From Folioceros fuciformis (lineage: Eukaryota): a stretch of DNA of 59,658 nt. Shown in pieces: positions 50,121 to 59,658 of the stretch (position 1 is the stretch's first letter; every line of letters starts with the position of its first letter). The translations under genes and the position numbers were made by a program. The notes under the pieces were generated by a model. That model made no database searches and was not told the origin of the DNA. It saw only the letters and a list, made by a program, of their open reading frames with translations. The stretch spans positions 657,261-716,918 of the forward strand of contig JBNGIO010006314.1 of NCBI GenBank assembly GCA_049999805.1. Direction: 5' to 3'.

Positions 50121-51836
50121 CTACTTTGGAGAATACACAAACTGAAGTATGTCAATAACAGTGGAGGTGATGGTGCAGATAGTGAGGACAAGGAACAGGA
50201 GGGAGCCACCGATAACCCACGGTCTGGAAGAGTCGCAGTAAGTTTGCTTGAACTCATACCACCTGCTCTGGACTACCTTGGTATAGTGCTTACACATAGC
50301 ACCCACCATGGCTTCCCAAGCATCGCTGTGAAGAGGTTCAGAGAAGCCATCACACATGTGGTTCCACATGTCTGCAGCTTTGTCGTCGTCAAGTAGATTG
50401 ACAAACACGCCCCGCTTGGAAAGCACTTGCACATCTTCCTTGCTGTCCACCAACTGGTCCATTAGCTGAAGGTAGCTCCGAACAAAGTACCTGTCCGGGT
50501 AGCACAGCTGCTCATACAAGCCGAGGTTGCGCAACACGGCAGCCGTGTTGTTGGTGATCTTGAGCTTGGGCAACCAGAGAGTAGGGTGCCGCCAAACCCC
50601 GCTCCTGGCCTCGAAGTGCACGTCCTGCACAGTCACAGCCGTGGCCCTAACCACGATCCCGGCCTCCGCAAGCTTGCTGGCAGGCAGAACCCGATACAGC
50701 TCCAATTCCTGCGCCCCGGTCTGATCATTCTCGCTGGTGGAGCGCCAGAAACAGTACAGGATCCCCCAACAGGACACCATGCGGCGGGTCAGGAGCTTGA
50801 GGAATCCCGCCTCCTTGCTGGGCACTGCGTTGTACAAGGACGTTTGCAGGGACTCAGTCTTGTCCGGGGTCGGCCCCCTCCCGCAGACCACCTTGTAGAC
50901 GCAGTCCAAAATGTGCATGTTCTCCGACAGCCCTATCACTACCTTGCTGTTGAGTATGTTGTCATGCAATCGAGCCCTGTTGCAGATGAAGGGGAAGCAG
51001 CGCACCACGGCCTGGGTGAGGGCAAATTCCAAGGAGTCGGTGTGCGCGGCGGTGAAGTCATCGTACATCCGGTGCAGCGCCTTGTTCACCATGAAGAGGA
51101 CGCCCATGGGGATCTGGTTCTCCAGGACCACTAGGTCGGTAAAGAAGGATCCCAGGCGGCCTTCCAGGCCCCCTTCCCGCACTACGTGCTGGAAGTGCCG
51201 CTGGAACAGAGCCGCAGGGGCTTTCCTGCGGAAAAAATTCGCAGACTCGTCCAGGCTATTGCTCAGGGTGCAGAGCACCACCAGCACGAACACTGCATCC
51301 AGAGCCAACCGGTGCTGGATGTCGGGACTGGCTGTCGCCAGCTGGAGGGACTCGGCCGTGGCAGAGTAAACAGCAAATGCTCCCGCCCACGGAAAATTCT
51401 TGTCCAAAATGATGGAGTTCACAAATTCATGCCAGCCAAGGATCACGTCGTCGGTGGAAGATCTAGAGTAACGCTCGATGTCTTGGTCAAGTTGTCGGCG
51501 ATTGACGTAGGATCCCACAGTAGCCGCAATTGAGCGCTTTATTCTCTCGGAGGTGGAATCCATGGCTTCATCGCTGGCGCTGTGGTGAAGCAGGCCCAGC
51601 CGGAATTCTTGAGGCTTGAAGGCATCGGAATAGGGGTGAGCGATGACGTTCATGTATTCAGGGACTGAAGGAATGGTCGTGTTTCGAACCCACCAACCCC
51701 GCCTTGCCATGTCCACACGTTCTTGATCCTTCCTCATAGCCTGTAGCAGGCGACCAGCCCACAGTCCCTTAAGCGTTCGCGTTCGACTGTCGTCCCCCTC
51801 CTTGTCCTCATCCTCTACCAAGTCCTGTAACATCAT
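50121..51836 (-). CDS. DUF247 (UPF0481) protein with C-terminal TM; intronless
   Basis: DLVVLENQIP, HILD, PASKLAEAGI, LRNLGLYEQ, SYLQLMDQLVDSKEDVQVL and a C-terminal hydrophobic helix. Confidence 0.92.
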   Translation of the reverse strand: MMLQDLVEDEDKEGDDSRTRTLKGLWAGRLLQAMRKDQERVDMARRGWWVRNTTIPSVPEYMNVIAHPYSDAFKPQEFRLGLLHHSASDEAMDSTSERIKRSIAATVGSYVNRRQLDQDIERYSRSSTDDVILGWHEFVNSIILDKNFPWAGAFAVYSATAESLQLATASPDIQHRLALDAVFVLVVLCTLSNSLDESANFFRRKAPAALFQRHFQHVVREGGLEGRLGSFFTDLVVLENQIPMGVLFMVNKALHRMYDDFTAAHTDSLEFALTQAVVRCFPFICNRARLHDNILNSKVVIGLSENMHILDCVYKVVCGRGPTPDKTESLQTSLYNAVPSKEAGFLKLLTRRMVSCWGILYCFWRSTSENDQTGAQELELYRVLPASKLAEAGIVVRATAVTVQDVHFEARSGVWRHPTLWLPKLKITNNTAAVLRNLGLYEQLCYPDRYFVRSYLQLMDQLVDSKEDVQVLSKRGVFVNLLDDDKAADMWNHMCDGFSEPLHSDAWEAMVGAMCKHYTKVVQSRWYEFKQTYCDSSRPWVIGGSLLFLVLTICTITSTVIDILQFVYSPK

Positions 51837-51857
51837 GATCAGCTACGAGCTTGCTGG

Positions 51858-52034
51858 CTGGCGAGGGAGCTCAGCGTCTCACCGGGAACAGCAATCTTAG
51901 AAACGCGCCGGGAGGTTGCAGCACCTTCGCCGACTGGCGAGGGAGCTCAGCGTCTCACCGGGAACAGCAATCTTAGAAACGCGCCGGGAGTGTGCAGCAC
52001 CTTCGCCGACTGCCGAGGGAGCTCAGCGTCTCAC
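51858..52034. repeat. 76-bp tandem repeat (about 2.3 copies) just upstream of the DUF247 start
   Basis: Units start at 51858, 51934 and 52010. Confidence 0.9.
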
Positions 52035-52188
52035 AGAGAGCACCAGTCTCAGAAACGCGACGGGCGGTAGCAACACGGAAGCAAGGACGTTGCAACAGCG
52101 AAGGTGCAGGTGTTGAATTAGTTCATGCAATTTTTTGGAACGTGGGCTCAAATTAATGTGCTCTAATATCCGATGATATTACTAACAA

Positions 52189-52822
52189 AGTAACGCCCCC
52201 TTCCTTACGCAGCGTAAAAGGAAGCAACGGCCTCGAATCTCGTCTAAACACTCCGCAGCGCTCCACTTGCAATTCACTCACTCCCTCTCACACGACTCAG
52301 CACTAGGCTCCAAGTAGCCCGCCGTCCACTGACGACTCGCATACCACCTCCTCTAGGTGTTGCTCTTTATTCCAGTTACTTACAAAAGAGTGGAGCGTAG
52401 GTTACAAAAGAGTGGGGCGTAGGTTACAAAAGAGTTTGGCGATCTATGCCCCACTGGCTACTGCCCTCGACTCTATCTGACAAGCTTGCTCTTCAAGCTC
52501 TCCACAGCTATGCCTCCAGGCTAGACTTCTCACTGTCTGCCTCTTTGTGTATCAGTGTATCACAGTATCCTTAAGACCCTAACACTGGCCTATTTATACT
52601 CCACAGCTAAGCCACTGCTAAAACTGGGAATGATACACACCACTCATTCTAGAATACTAGTGGTCATTACAACTCCATCCTTCTTAGGAGGTTTTGCCTG
52701 GAACACACATTTTGTTTCCAAAGGCAGCAAGAAGCATACTTGCTTCTTCATCAAGACAGCTCTAGATTTAGCTTTCACCTTTCTACTTTTAACTTTCACC
52801 TTATTTCACTTATGCTATTACT
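52189..52822 (-). mobile_element. Solo LTR related to the gypsy LTRs, flanked by AACAA duplication
   Basis: Minus strand shares GGGGG(C/T)GTTACT end, GGCGGGCTACTTGGAG(G)CCTAGTGCTG, GAATAAAGAGCA and a GTATAAAT TATA box with the full element. AACAA at 52184-52188 and 52823-52827. Confidence 0.85.
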
Positions 52823-53488
52823 AACAAGATTAATAATACTCTATGCTATTTATATAAATATTTTGGCTAGACCTGAAAGTGATCTTGTTACCTGAAAGCC
52901 TTGGAATCGAGAAGCTTTTGAAATCAAGTATATTTATATTTACGTTAAAAAAACTAAACTCTTCAAAATAACCTTTTTTTTTTAAGATTAAACTATCCGA
53001 ATCCCCTTCACAGCCAATTTCAAGGCCAATCCACTACATGCCCATAACAACAGCAAGTGATGAGGAATGCCCCAACAGATGCCACACGTTTCCAGGTGAA
53101 AGGATAGTCAAACACAGACAGCACATTCCCGGGTACGTGTTCATCCCTCGCATTTCACGTGTTATGTACCTCGGATAGATCAATAGCGGGAACTCCATCC
53201 AATTCCCTCTCCCGAAGGTCATGAAGCTCTAGAAGGCAAGACGACCTAACGTTCTCACCACCTCGAGGGAAGAGAGTCAACCCCGATCAATCCTCTCGTG
53301 AGAGAGAGGAACCAGCCATTTCATCCTGTGGAAGGAAGAGAGCAAGATTTCTTTCTACACAGCCTGAACGGCGTAATGAGATGCTGGGCGCAAAGTGCCG
53401 ATCTAGTTTCGTAATTGTAGGCCACCACCAGCACCTAACCAAAAAGTGGGAGGGATCCTGTAGAACACGTGTGGCCACACACCTCGAA

Positions 53489-56089
53489 CTACCTGCCAAG
53501 AAGACTTCTGATCCCGCTGAACAAGCCTGGTGAGGATGCCTTCACCGGACTGTCTGGGTCCGCTCCTCCGGCTACCGCAGCCCGCAACTCACGCAACCTG
53601 CTGCGCAGAACCTGCCAGATACAAGGCGTAAGTCACAAACACTGAAACCCTCCGGTGCGCCTGCACGATACCATCCCGTCCACACACGAGCACTCACAGT
53701 TTGCATACGGTACAAGATCCTGCGTTCGTTCATGCAAAGAAGAACAGCATTTTGCATCAGCCACTGGGCTCGTTCTTTGGGGAATTCTGAGGTGGCGGTC
53801 GCCTCATCAATGACGTTGTCGGCCAGCTTTTCCTTCCCCTGTAACACCGCACGCACTATGTTACTGTTCGAACAGCTCACCAGCAGAAGCTCTACTTGGA
53901 GTAACCGTCCATCACCTTCAAGAAGTGAGTGTACGAGGATATGGCAGCTTCACATGTTGCCAGCAGATGTTCGTGAGCCTGGATGTCAGTGGCTAACGCC
54001 AGCTGTGACAAGTACAAGCTGTCTTGTTTCGCAGACGCGTTCTCCGATGCAGCAATAGCCATCTACAACGTCACAGAGATAGAAGGCATTAAAAAAGGTC
54101 ACACAACACAATCCCCACCGTCCTCAGAAAACTCACTCGCTTACCTGTTTGAAAGTCGGCTCGAGTTCGGCTGGGCCTACAACTAGACGAGCATATGCCA
54201 GCATCTGTGTTGCCAAGCCATCCTTCCTCACAGGGAACCTTTGGGGACTAGGATACGGTCAAGAACCTCACCCTTAACAATCAGGCTTCGTTATTCAACC
54301 ATTGAAACACTGAAAGCACTCAAACTCCGACTCTTTACACTCTGTAGGATACGTAGCAAGGGCGCTCTCTTTCAAAGCATTTAGCTTTGCTTCATACATC
54401 CCATCTTGCGGGTCCAGTGCCAATGACAATTCTACCGCGTCCTCATCATTTACTTCCGACGGCACAAAGCCGTAAGCAATTAAGAGCTCACTGCTGGACC
54501 GTTTTCCATACGAGTTGAATACCTGACAATGACAGCCCTCCGAAAGAGTAAAAAATCAAGGTTCCACACACATCCAAGAACATCTTTGTGTGACAACTAC
54601 CTGCTGACCCTCGTCATAGTCTTGGCCCGCAGCCAGCTGAACTGACACTGAAGACGGATTGAAATCCAGGAACGTCTTGGCCTGCAATTTATCAGGAATG
54701 CAGCCACTGTAACTAAAAACTCTCAGCTGGCACTTACAAATCAGCCACTAGTAGACGGGGCAGTCAGCTAGGTCTTTGGTTGAAATGCACGTACCTCAGT
54801 ACTGTGATTGAACATATCTGCCAGCGGAACCAAAGCAACTTGGCCAAGAGTAGGTAACCTAACCTGGACGTACAATCTGTGAGGTTCTGAAATAAATAAA
54901 CAACCCTAACTCCCAATAACCAGCCTATGTGAGGGGATTGATTTGAGTACTGACCGCACGAGAGAAGAGAATACCAAACGCCCAAGTGAAAGTGCCCAAC
55001 TGAAACACCTGAAACAGGGGCCCAGCAAAGTTCAGTTCAGCACAATGAAATCGGGTACAAATGAATTCAGCACAGAAGTCAAGGAGAGAGCATAATCGTG
55101 CGGCATACCTGGGGTGGGAACAACTCAGGCCACTTGGAGAAGATCTTTGCTCTCAGGCTTTCAAATCTGGTACTCGACAGTGGTTGTGCAAGGATTAGCT
55201 CCAAGCTACTTGGCTCACTCTGAACAAGGAAGCCATGCACCCTCTTGCAGAGCAAACAAGGTGAGGGCCTCCAGACAGACTGGACTTACGAATTGGATGG
55301 GAGCATACACGTCATTTACGTCAGAAATGCACTCCGTAGCTCGTATCCTTGTGCACGACGCAGAGAGGTACTTGTTCACGTCAGCCAGAGACCTGTTGGG
55401 AGCCAACCACAGTGATGAAAACACATCAAGCCTCACCGCCACATCCACCACCAGCAACTTTGACACGCACCGTGCATACCACTGCAAAATGGAACTGGGC
55501 TGCTGGGGCAGGGAATCTATGTAGAGGCTCCATCTTGAGGTCTTCCCAAGGGAAGCTTCACTGACGAGATAAGTGGCGAGCATGGGCCACTCTGGGACCT
55601 CTTCCCGCTTCATTATCTCCCCGATTTCGGATGAGCTCCACCTCTGCCCAAACAGGAATCCCACCAAGTTCAGCACCACTGCCCTCACCATCCACAGGTC
55701 AAGGAGGAAGGGCTGAATCTTACGGAGTTCACAGTGATGATGGCTGAGGAAGGAACAGAAATGACCAGCTCTCCCCTTCGAATCTTGCGAGCCGCCACCA
55801 TCCCTCTCCCACCCGCGTCTACCTTCTTCACGGCCACCTTGGGCGGTGGCAGCCCTTCCCTGGCCAGCCATTCCTGGCACGCATTTGCCGTCTCCACCGA
55901 GTATACATCACAGCCCCAGCTGACGCCTGCATTCTTCACATTTTCCCTGTCTTGGGCTGGAGATGACACGGCACATGACGCGCCCAGTATCCGTCTCTGA
56001 GAACTCACCCGACGTCGCAGCGGGCTCTTGCATACGCGCAAGCCACTCAAATCAACGGGCCGCAAGAGACACATTTGTCCTGCCATCAT
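53489..56089 (-). CDS. Plastid-targeted SET-domain (Rubisco LSMT-family) protein-lysine methyltransferase, multi-exon
   Basis: Transit-peptide-like N-terminus; WGCDVYS, GRGMVA, WPMLATYLVSEA, WAFGILFSR, SYGKRSSSELLIAYGFVP, ERRILYR; resembles the At3g07670 type. Confidence 0.9.
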
Positions 56090-56829
56090 CCTCTCGGGGC
56101 TTGTTCCAGCTGAGCGCGGGTTGACGATGTGAATGGACACTCCCTCATGTAGGAAAGGGTACACAGTTCGTCTTCGAGTGCGCAAAATCAGGAGGAAATT
56201 TACCAGAAAAAGGATAGGATGGACTCCAACTTCGAACCACAACTAGTCACAGGATACCGTCTTTCGATTGTTCTACAAGGTCCCTTCTCATGACGAGGGA
56301 CGGTCATCTTTGCAGAGTGGTGATGCACAACTACAGGTAATACCGGAGGCACAAGGAAAACGTCTGATCTTGGGCAGCTCGAGAGAAAAAGCGGATTTTC
56401 AAGGCTGGGAAATCCTAAATCCAAAAATTGCACGTTTCCAAACCTTCGTTGCAAACAGTACAAGAATCGCCTGACCTGATAGAATCACGCAGAAACTGTC
56501 AGAATTTCCCAAGGAGTTGCGCTACGTACAAACAAGCACTATCTTTAACATCATACAGTCTCCAAGCTCCTATCTACACCTTAAGGCAAACCTGAAAATA
56601 GAGGAAAACGTTCCACAGAATGTAGCCCCCCAATATGTCTGCTCGTGAAAGGAAAACAAACCTTCACTGCAAGGGCATACCACGTCACTGCTTCAAGCAC
56701 TTGGATGAAGAATTCCTCACCATGAAGCACCGCTCCATAAACCCAAGACACGTTTCACAGGGAGTTCGGCCGAGCTGCAAGATGGAGCTTACTCGGGAAT
56801 GCAGTGTTGAGCTGTGCCACGGCTCCAGA

Positions 56830-58790
56830 TCAATCCTTGTCCGGATCAAATTGACGGAATATCCTACCAAATTCTTGCACCGTATTTGACTCTTCTTCCT
56901 TGCTAATTTTACACGCCTTCCAGTCACCTCTCTCCGGGACGTCTAGCAAATTTGCCAAAACTTCCCTGCCAAACTGCATTGGCATTTTTACACCAGAGAC
57001 CAATGGCTGGGCAAGGACAGTGCCATCAGGAAGCTCCACAGTAAAATAGTTGACGCCATCACCAAGACAATATTTCAAAGCTTGCTTCCTCTCATCGGCA
57101 TCTCCGGTTGGAGGAAACACCCGAAACTCCAATCCCACATCCGCTCCTGCTGACTCGAAAGCCCCTTGCACTTTGCCTGCCTTGGCAAGGGGAATAGGAA
57201 GAACCTGTAAGTGTGCATGTGTGCCCGCGCGAAGCTGCAAATACCTTTCAAAGAACACAACAGCCTGCCCTTGTCCGTTGAAGCACTGTCTAAGCGCCTC
57301 CTTATACTTGTCGATATCATCTTGGGCATCTGACGAGAGCGACGTCAATGAAGGCACGTGCTCTATAGGGATGATCAATACATGACCGGGTACCAAAGGT
57401 CCCTTGGCCAAAGCACAGTAGCAATGATCACCTACACTAATAACCAAATGTTTATCTACATCGGGATTTGAGAGACAGAACCAGCAAGGTTCCGCAGGCG
57501 CTTTCAGAACCTTGCCACCGCTACCTGGCTCTAAACTGTGTCTGTACCGACAGTCAGCACCCTTTTCGCAACTCCCTTTCGTAATGAAATCGAAACAGGA
57601 ACCTCTTTGAATAGGTACACCATCGATATCGTGCTTGAAATGACACCTCGGTTCCCTCGAGCATGAACCCTTGGAAACAAATTCAAAGCAGACTCTTGCT
57701 CCGCCAGTTCCATCACGTGTCTTCTGTCGTTTGTTGTCAGCATACCTCCAATACTGCCCCTCCAGACCATCTTCCCTTCCCGGCGCACTCTCCGCCTTGT
57801 TCTTTGCAGAAACCTTACCTGCATTTAGAGCTGCAGAGTTTCCCGCCACTTCATACGGAGACGGGGTAGTATTTGCGACTTTCACCCCTAATTCTGCAGG
57901 GGTCATAGCAGACGCTGGTGTAGGAGATAGGGCATGTAGAAATTTCTGCTTCTTGTCATTGCCGACAGCCCCAAGTCCGATGAACCTCGTCACATGAATG
58001 GAGCCATCGCTAGTGTACGGCTCCCGGGCATAAAAAACTCCACAAGAGCCTACTATGTGATACCGAGGTTTCAGCTCTGCTGCCAATTCTGCTACCACGG
58101 ATGTACCTGTACCCCAACACTGTCGTATTAGAAGGCCAGTTACTCACTGAATCCACTCGAGAAAGCTCAATCCCATCAGCTTATTCCCAGGCAACCAAAG
58201 ATTGTCTCACCTGTAGGTTGACTCAGCTCCGCAGGGACAGCTGAGAGATCGGCACCCGCAAGAATCCCACTAGGCCATTCGTTGGTGAGAAACACATCGA
58301 CGACAGTAGGATCATCTGCGCACGCGCGCAAAGCATCCACATCATCCTCGTGATGAGCACCTGCCACGGCCGCAGCTTTTGCATCATGATACAGGCTGGC
58401 ATCATACTTGCCACCCAGGAACGCTATCTTCAATCCTTTAAAATTCAGGATGCCGCTCCCCCTCAGCCAGAAGAGGTTCTCACAAACCCGAATCCCGTCA
58501 GAGGTGAGCCCAGCATTCGCAGCTTCTGCTCTGGCTGCTGACAGCAAAATGGCCGCACCTTCACCATAATCTCCCAAGAAATACGTAGGAATCGGAACAA
58601 CCTTCCTCCCTTCTACATACTCCTGGAACTCCTCAATTCCTTGAACAGCAGTAGGAAGAAACTGTCCGACGCAAAAAAGAGCATCAAAGGGACCATTACT
58701 CTTGTTCACAGACGCCACTCTCTTGGACAGAGCATTGAGCCTGCCAAACACATCGCCGCTGAACAACACTCTGGGCGCATCCTTGTTCAT
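56830..58790 (-). CDS. CWF19L1: CWF19-like 1 (Drn1/CwfJ family, with two CCCH zinc fingers); exons 58211-58790 and 56830-58106
   Basis: Metallophosphoesterase-like N-terminus (GPFDALFCVGQF, LTNEWP, KPRYH, TRFIGL), two C3H fingers, CWFCLSNP, HAHLQV, QFGREVLA. Confidence 0.93.
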
Positions 58791-58820
58791 CTCTGACCGC
58801 CAGCGAGAATGTGTCACTGA

Positions 58821-58829
58821 AACCCTAAT
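58821..58829. promoter_or_regulatory. Telo-box near the CWF19L1 start
   Basis: AAACCCTAA about 30 nt upstream of the ATG; this motif is common at plant RNA-processing and translation genes. Confidence 0.4.
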
Positions 58830-58968
58830 TCCTTCATGACAACAGCTCGCTGCATACTGTATTTTCAAGTATGCATTTTCACAATGCACGAGCGTTGTAT
58901 GTAATGGGATGAATGGAAATTGGGAAACAGGAATAAATAATTTTAATGTCGAGTTTCGCGCTGCACAT

Positions 58969-59041
58969 GCGCCTGTAGCTTAGAGGATAGAGCGTCTGCT
59001 TCCTAAGCAGAAAGACGCGGGTTCGATCCCTGTCTCGCACG
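58969..59041 (+). tRNA. tRNA-Arg(CCT): tRNA-Arg(CCT), probably a pseudogene
   Basis: Cloverleaf with D-arm GCTT/GAGC, anticodon arm TCTGC-TTCCTAA-GCAGA and T-loop TTCGATC. Acceptor stem GCGCCTG/CTCGCAC has several mismatches. Confidence 0.85.
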
Positions 59042-59093
59042 ATCAAATGAGGTCCTTCGTGTGTCTGGACGATGTAAGTAACAAGCTTGACAA

Positions 59094-59658
59094 GCTTGAA
59101 ACGAATGGTCATGCCAATTGACGCATATCAAGATAGTCCAGGTTGCTTGAAACGAATGGTCATGCCAATTGACGCATATCAAGATAGTCTAGGTTGCCAG
59201 TTAACATAATGTATATAATTTAATACTAGACAATCTCGGCCGTCACGGGGGCATGTTAGTGTTTTCATACTTCCATTAATTATTTTGCACTCCCATAGAT
59301 GTGTTAGTATTTTGANNNNNNNNNNTGTTAGTGTTTTGAGACTTCCATTAATTATTTTGCACTCCCATAGATTTTGAAGACAAATAGATTAGGCACAGAA
59401 GTTTGCTTTAACATGTTGACACTTCTTGGCTTTCATGGGCACAAAGACCATGGTTCATAGTAAGATTAACCAACCAACCGCGGCCATCAATCCCAAAATC
59501 TGACCTTAGACCCTCTAACTTTTGGGAAATGAGATTAGCAAAAATTATGCAACAATGCCCAACCCTGCCAGTCTAGGCCAGAATTAAACCCACATCCACC
59601 TTGATATGGGTTTATTTTGCACTCCCATAGATTTTGAAGACAAATAGATTAGGCACAG
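59094..59658. repeat. Repeat-rich tail: 51-bp tandem duplication (59094-59196) and recurring tattttgcactcccatagat... units
   Basis: Direct repeats are visible on either side of a gap. Confidence 0.8.

Noticed and set aside
59222-59255. Helitron-like 3' end (hairpin + CTAG) on the minus strand
   Set aside because: The hairpin is weak, and no 5' end or RepHel ORF lies within the window.

Overview
Gene-dense nuclear DNA of a land plant with short (~100 nt) GT-AG introns. A ZMYND10 ciliary dynein-assembly gene implies a lineage with flagellated sperm; compactness and base composition suggest a bryophyte, most likely a hornwort (inference only). Contents in order: a GT92 galactan-synthase-like gene; kinase and unknown pseudogenes; three tandem 8-exon FUT8/GT23-like fucosyltransferase paralogues; an unknown membrane-anchored protein; intronless ZMYND10 and AIFM2/FSP1-like genes; a TPR ORF with an upstream miRNA-like hairpin; an AT-rich unknown gene; a 5-exon NLR with a helical (Cbl-N/MLKL-like) N-terminus on a TNL-type NB-ARC; a decayed K/E-rich region; MLO; a decayed Galadriel-like Ty3/gypsy chromovirus; DUF247; a related solo LTR; a plastid-type SET/Rubisco-LSMT methyltransferase; CWF19L1; and a defective tRNA-Arg(CCT). 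The most striking observation is that both LTR elements have non-canonical AGT...ACT termini instead of TG...CA, supported by PBS/PPT positions and by a target-site duplication around the solo LTR. Assembly gaps lie at about 16532-16631, 24609-24708, 43351-43360 and 59316-59325. Family calls come from recalled motifs; no database searches were run.
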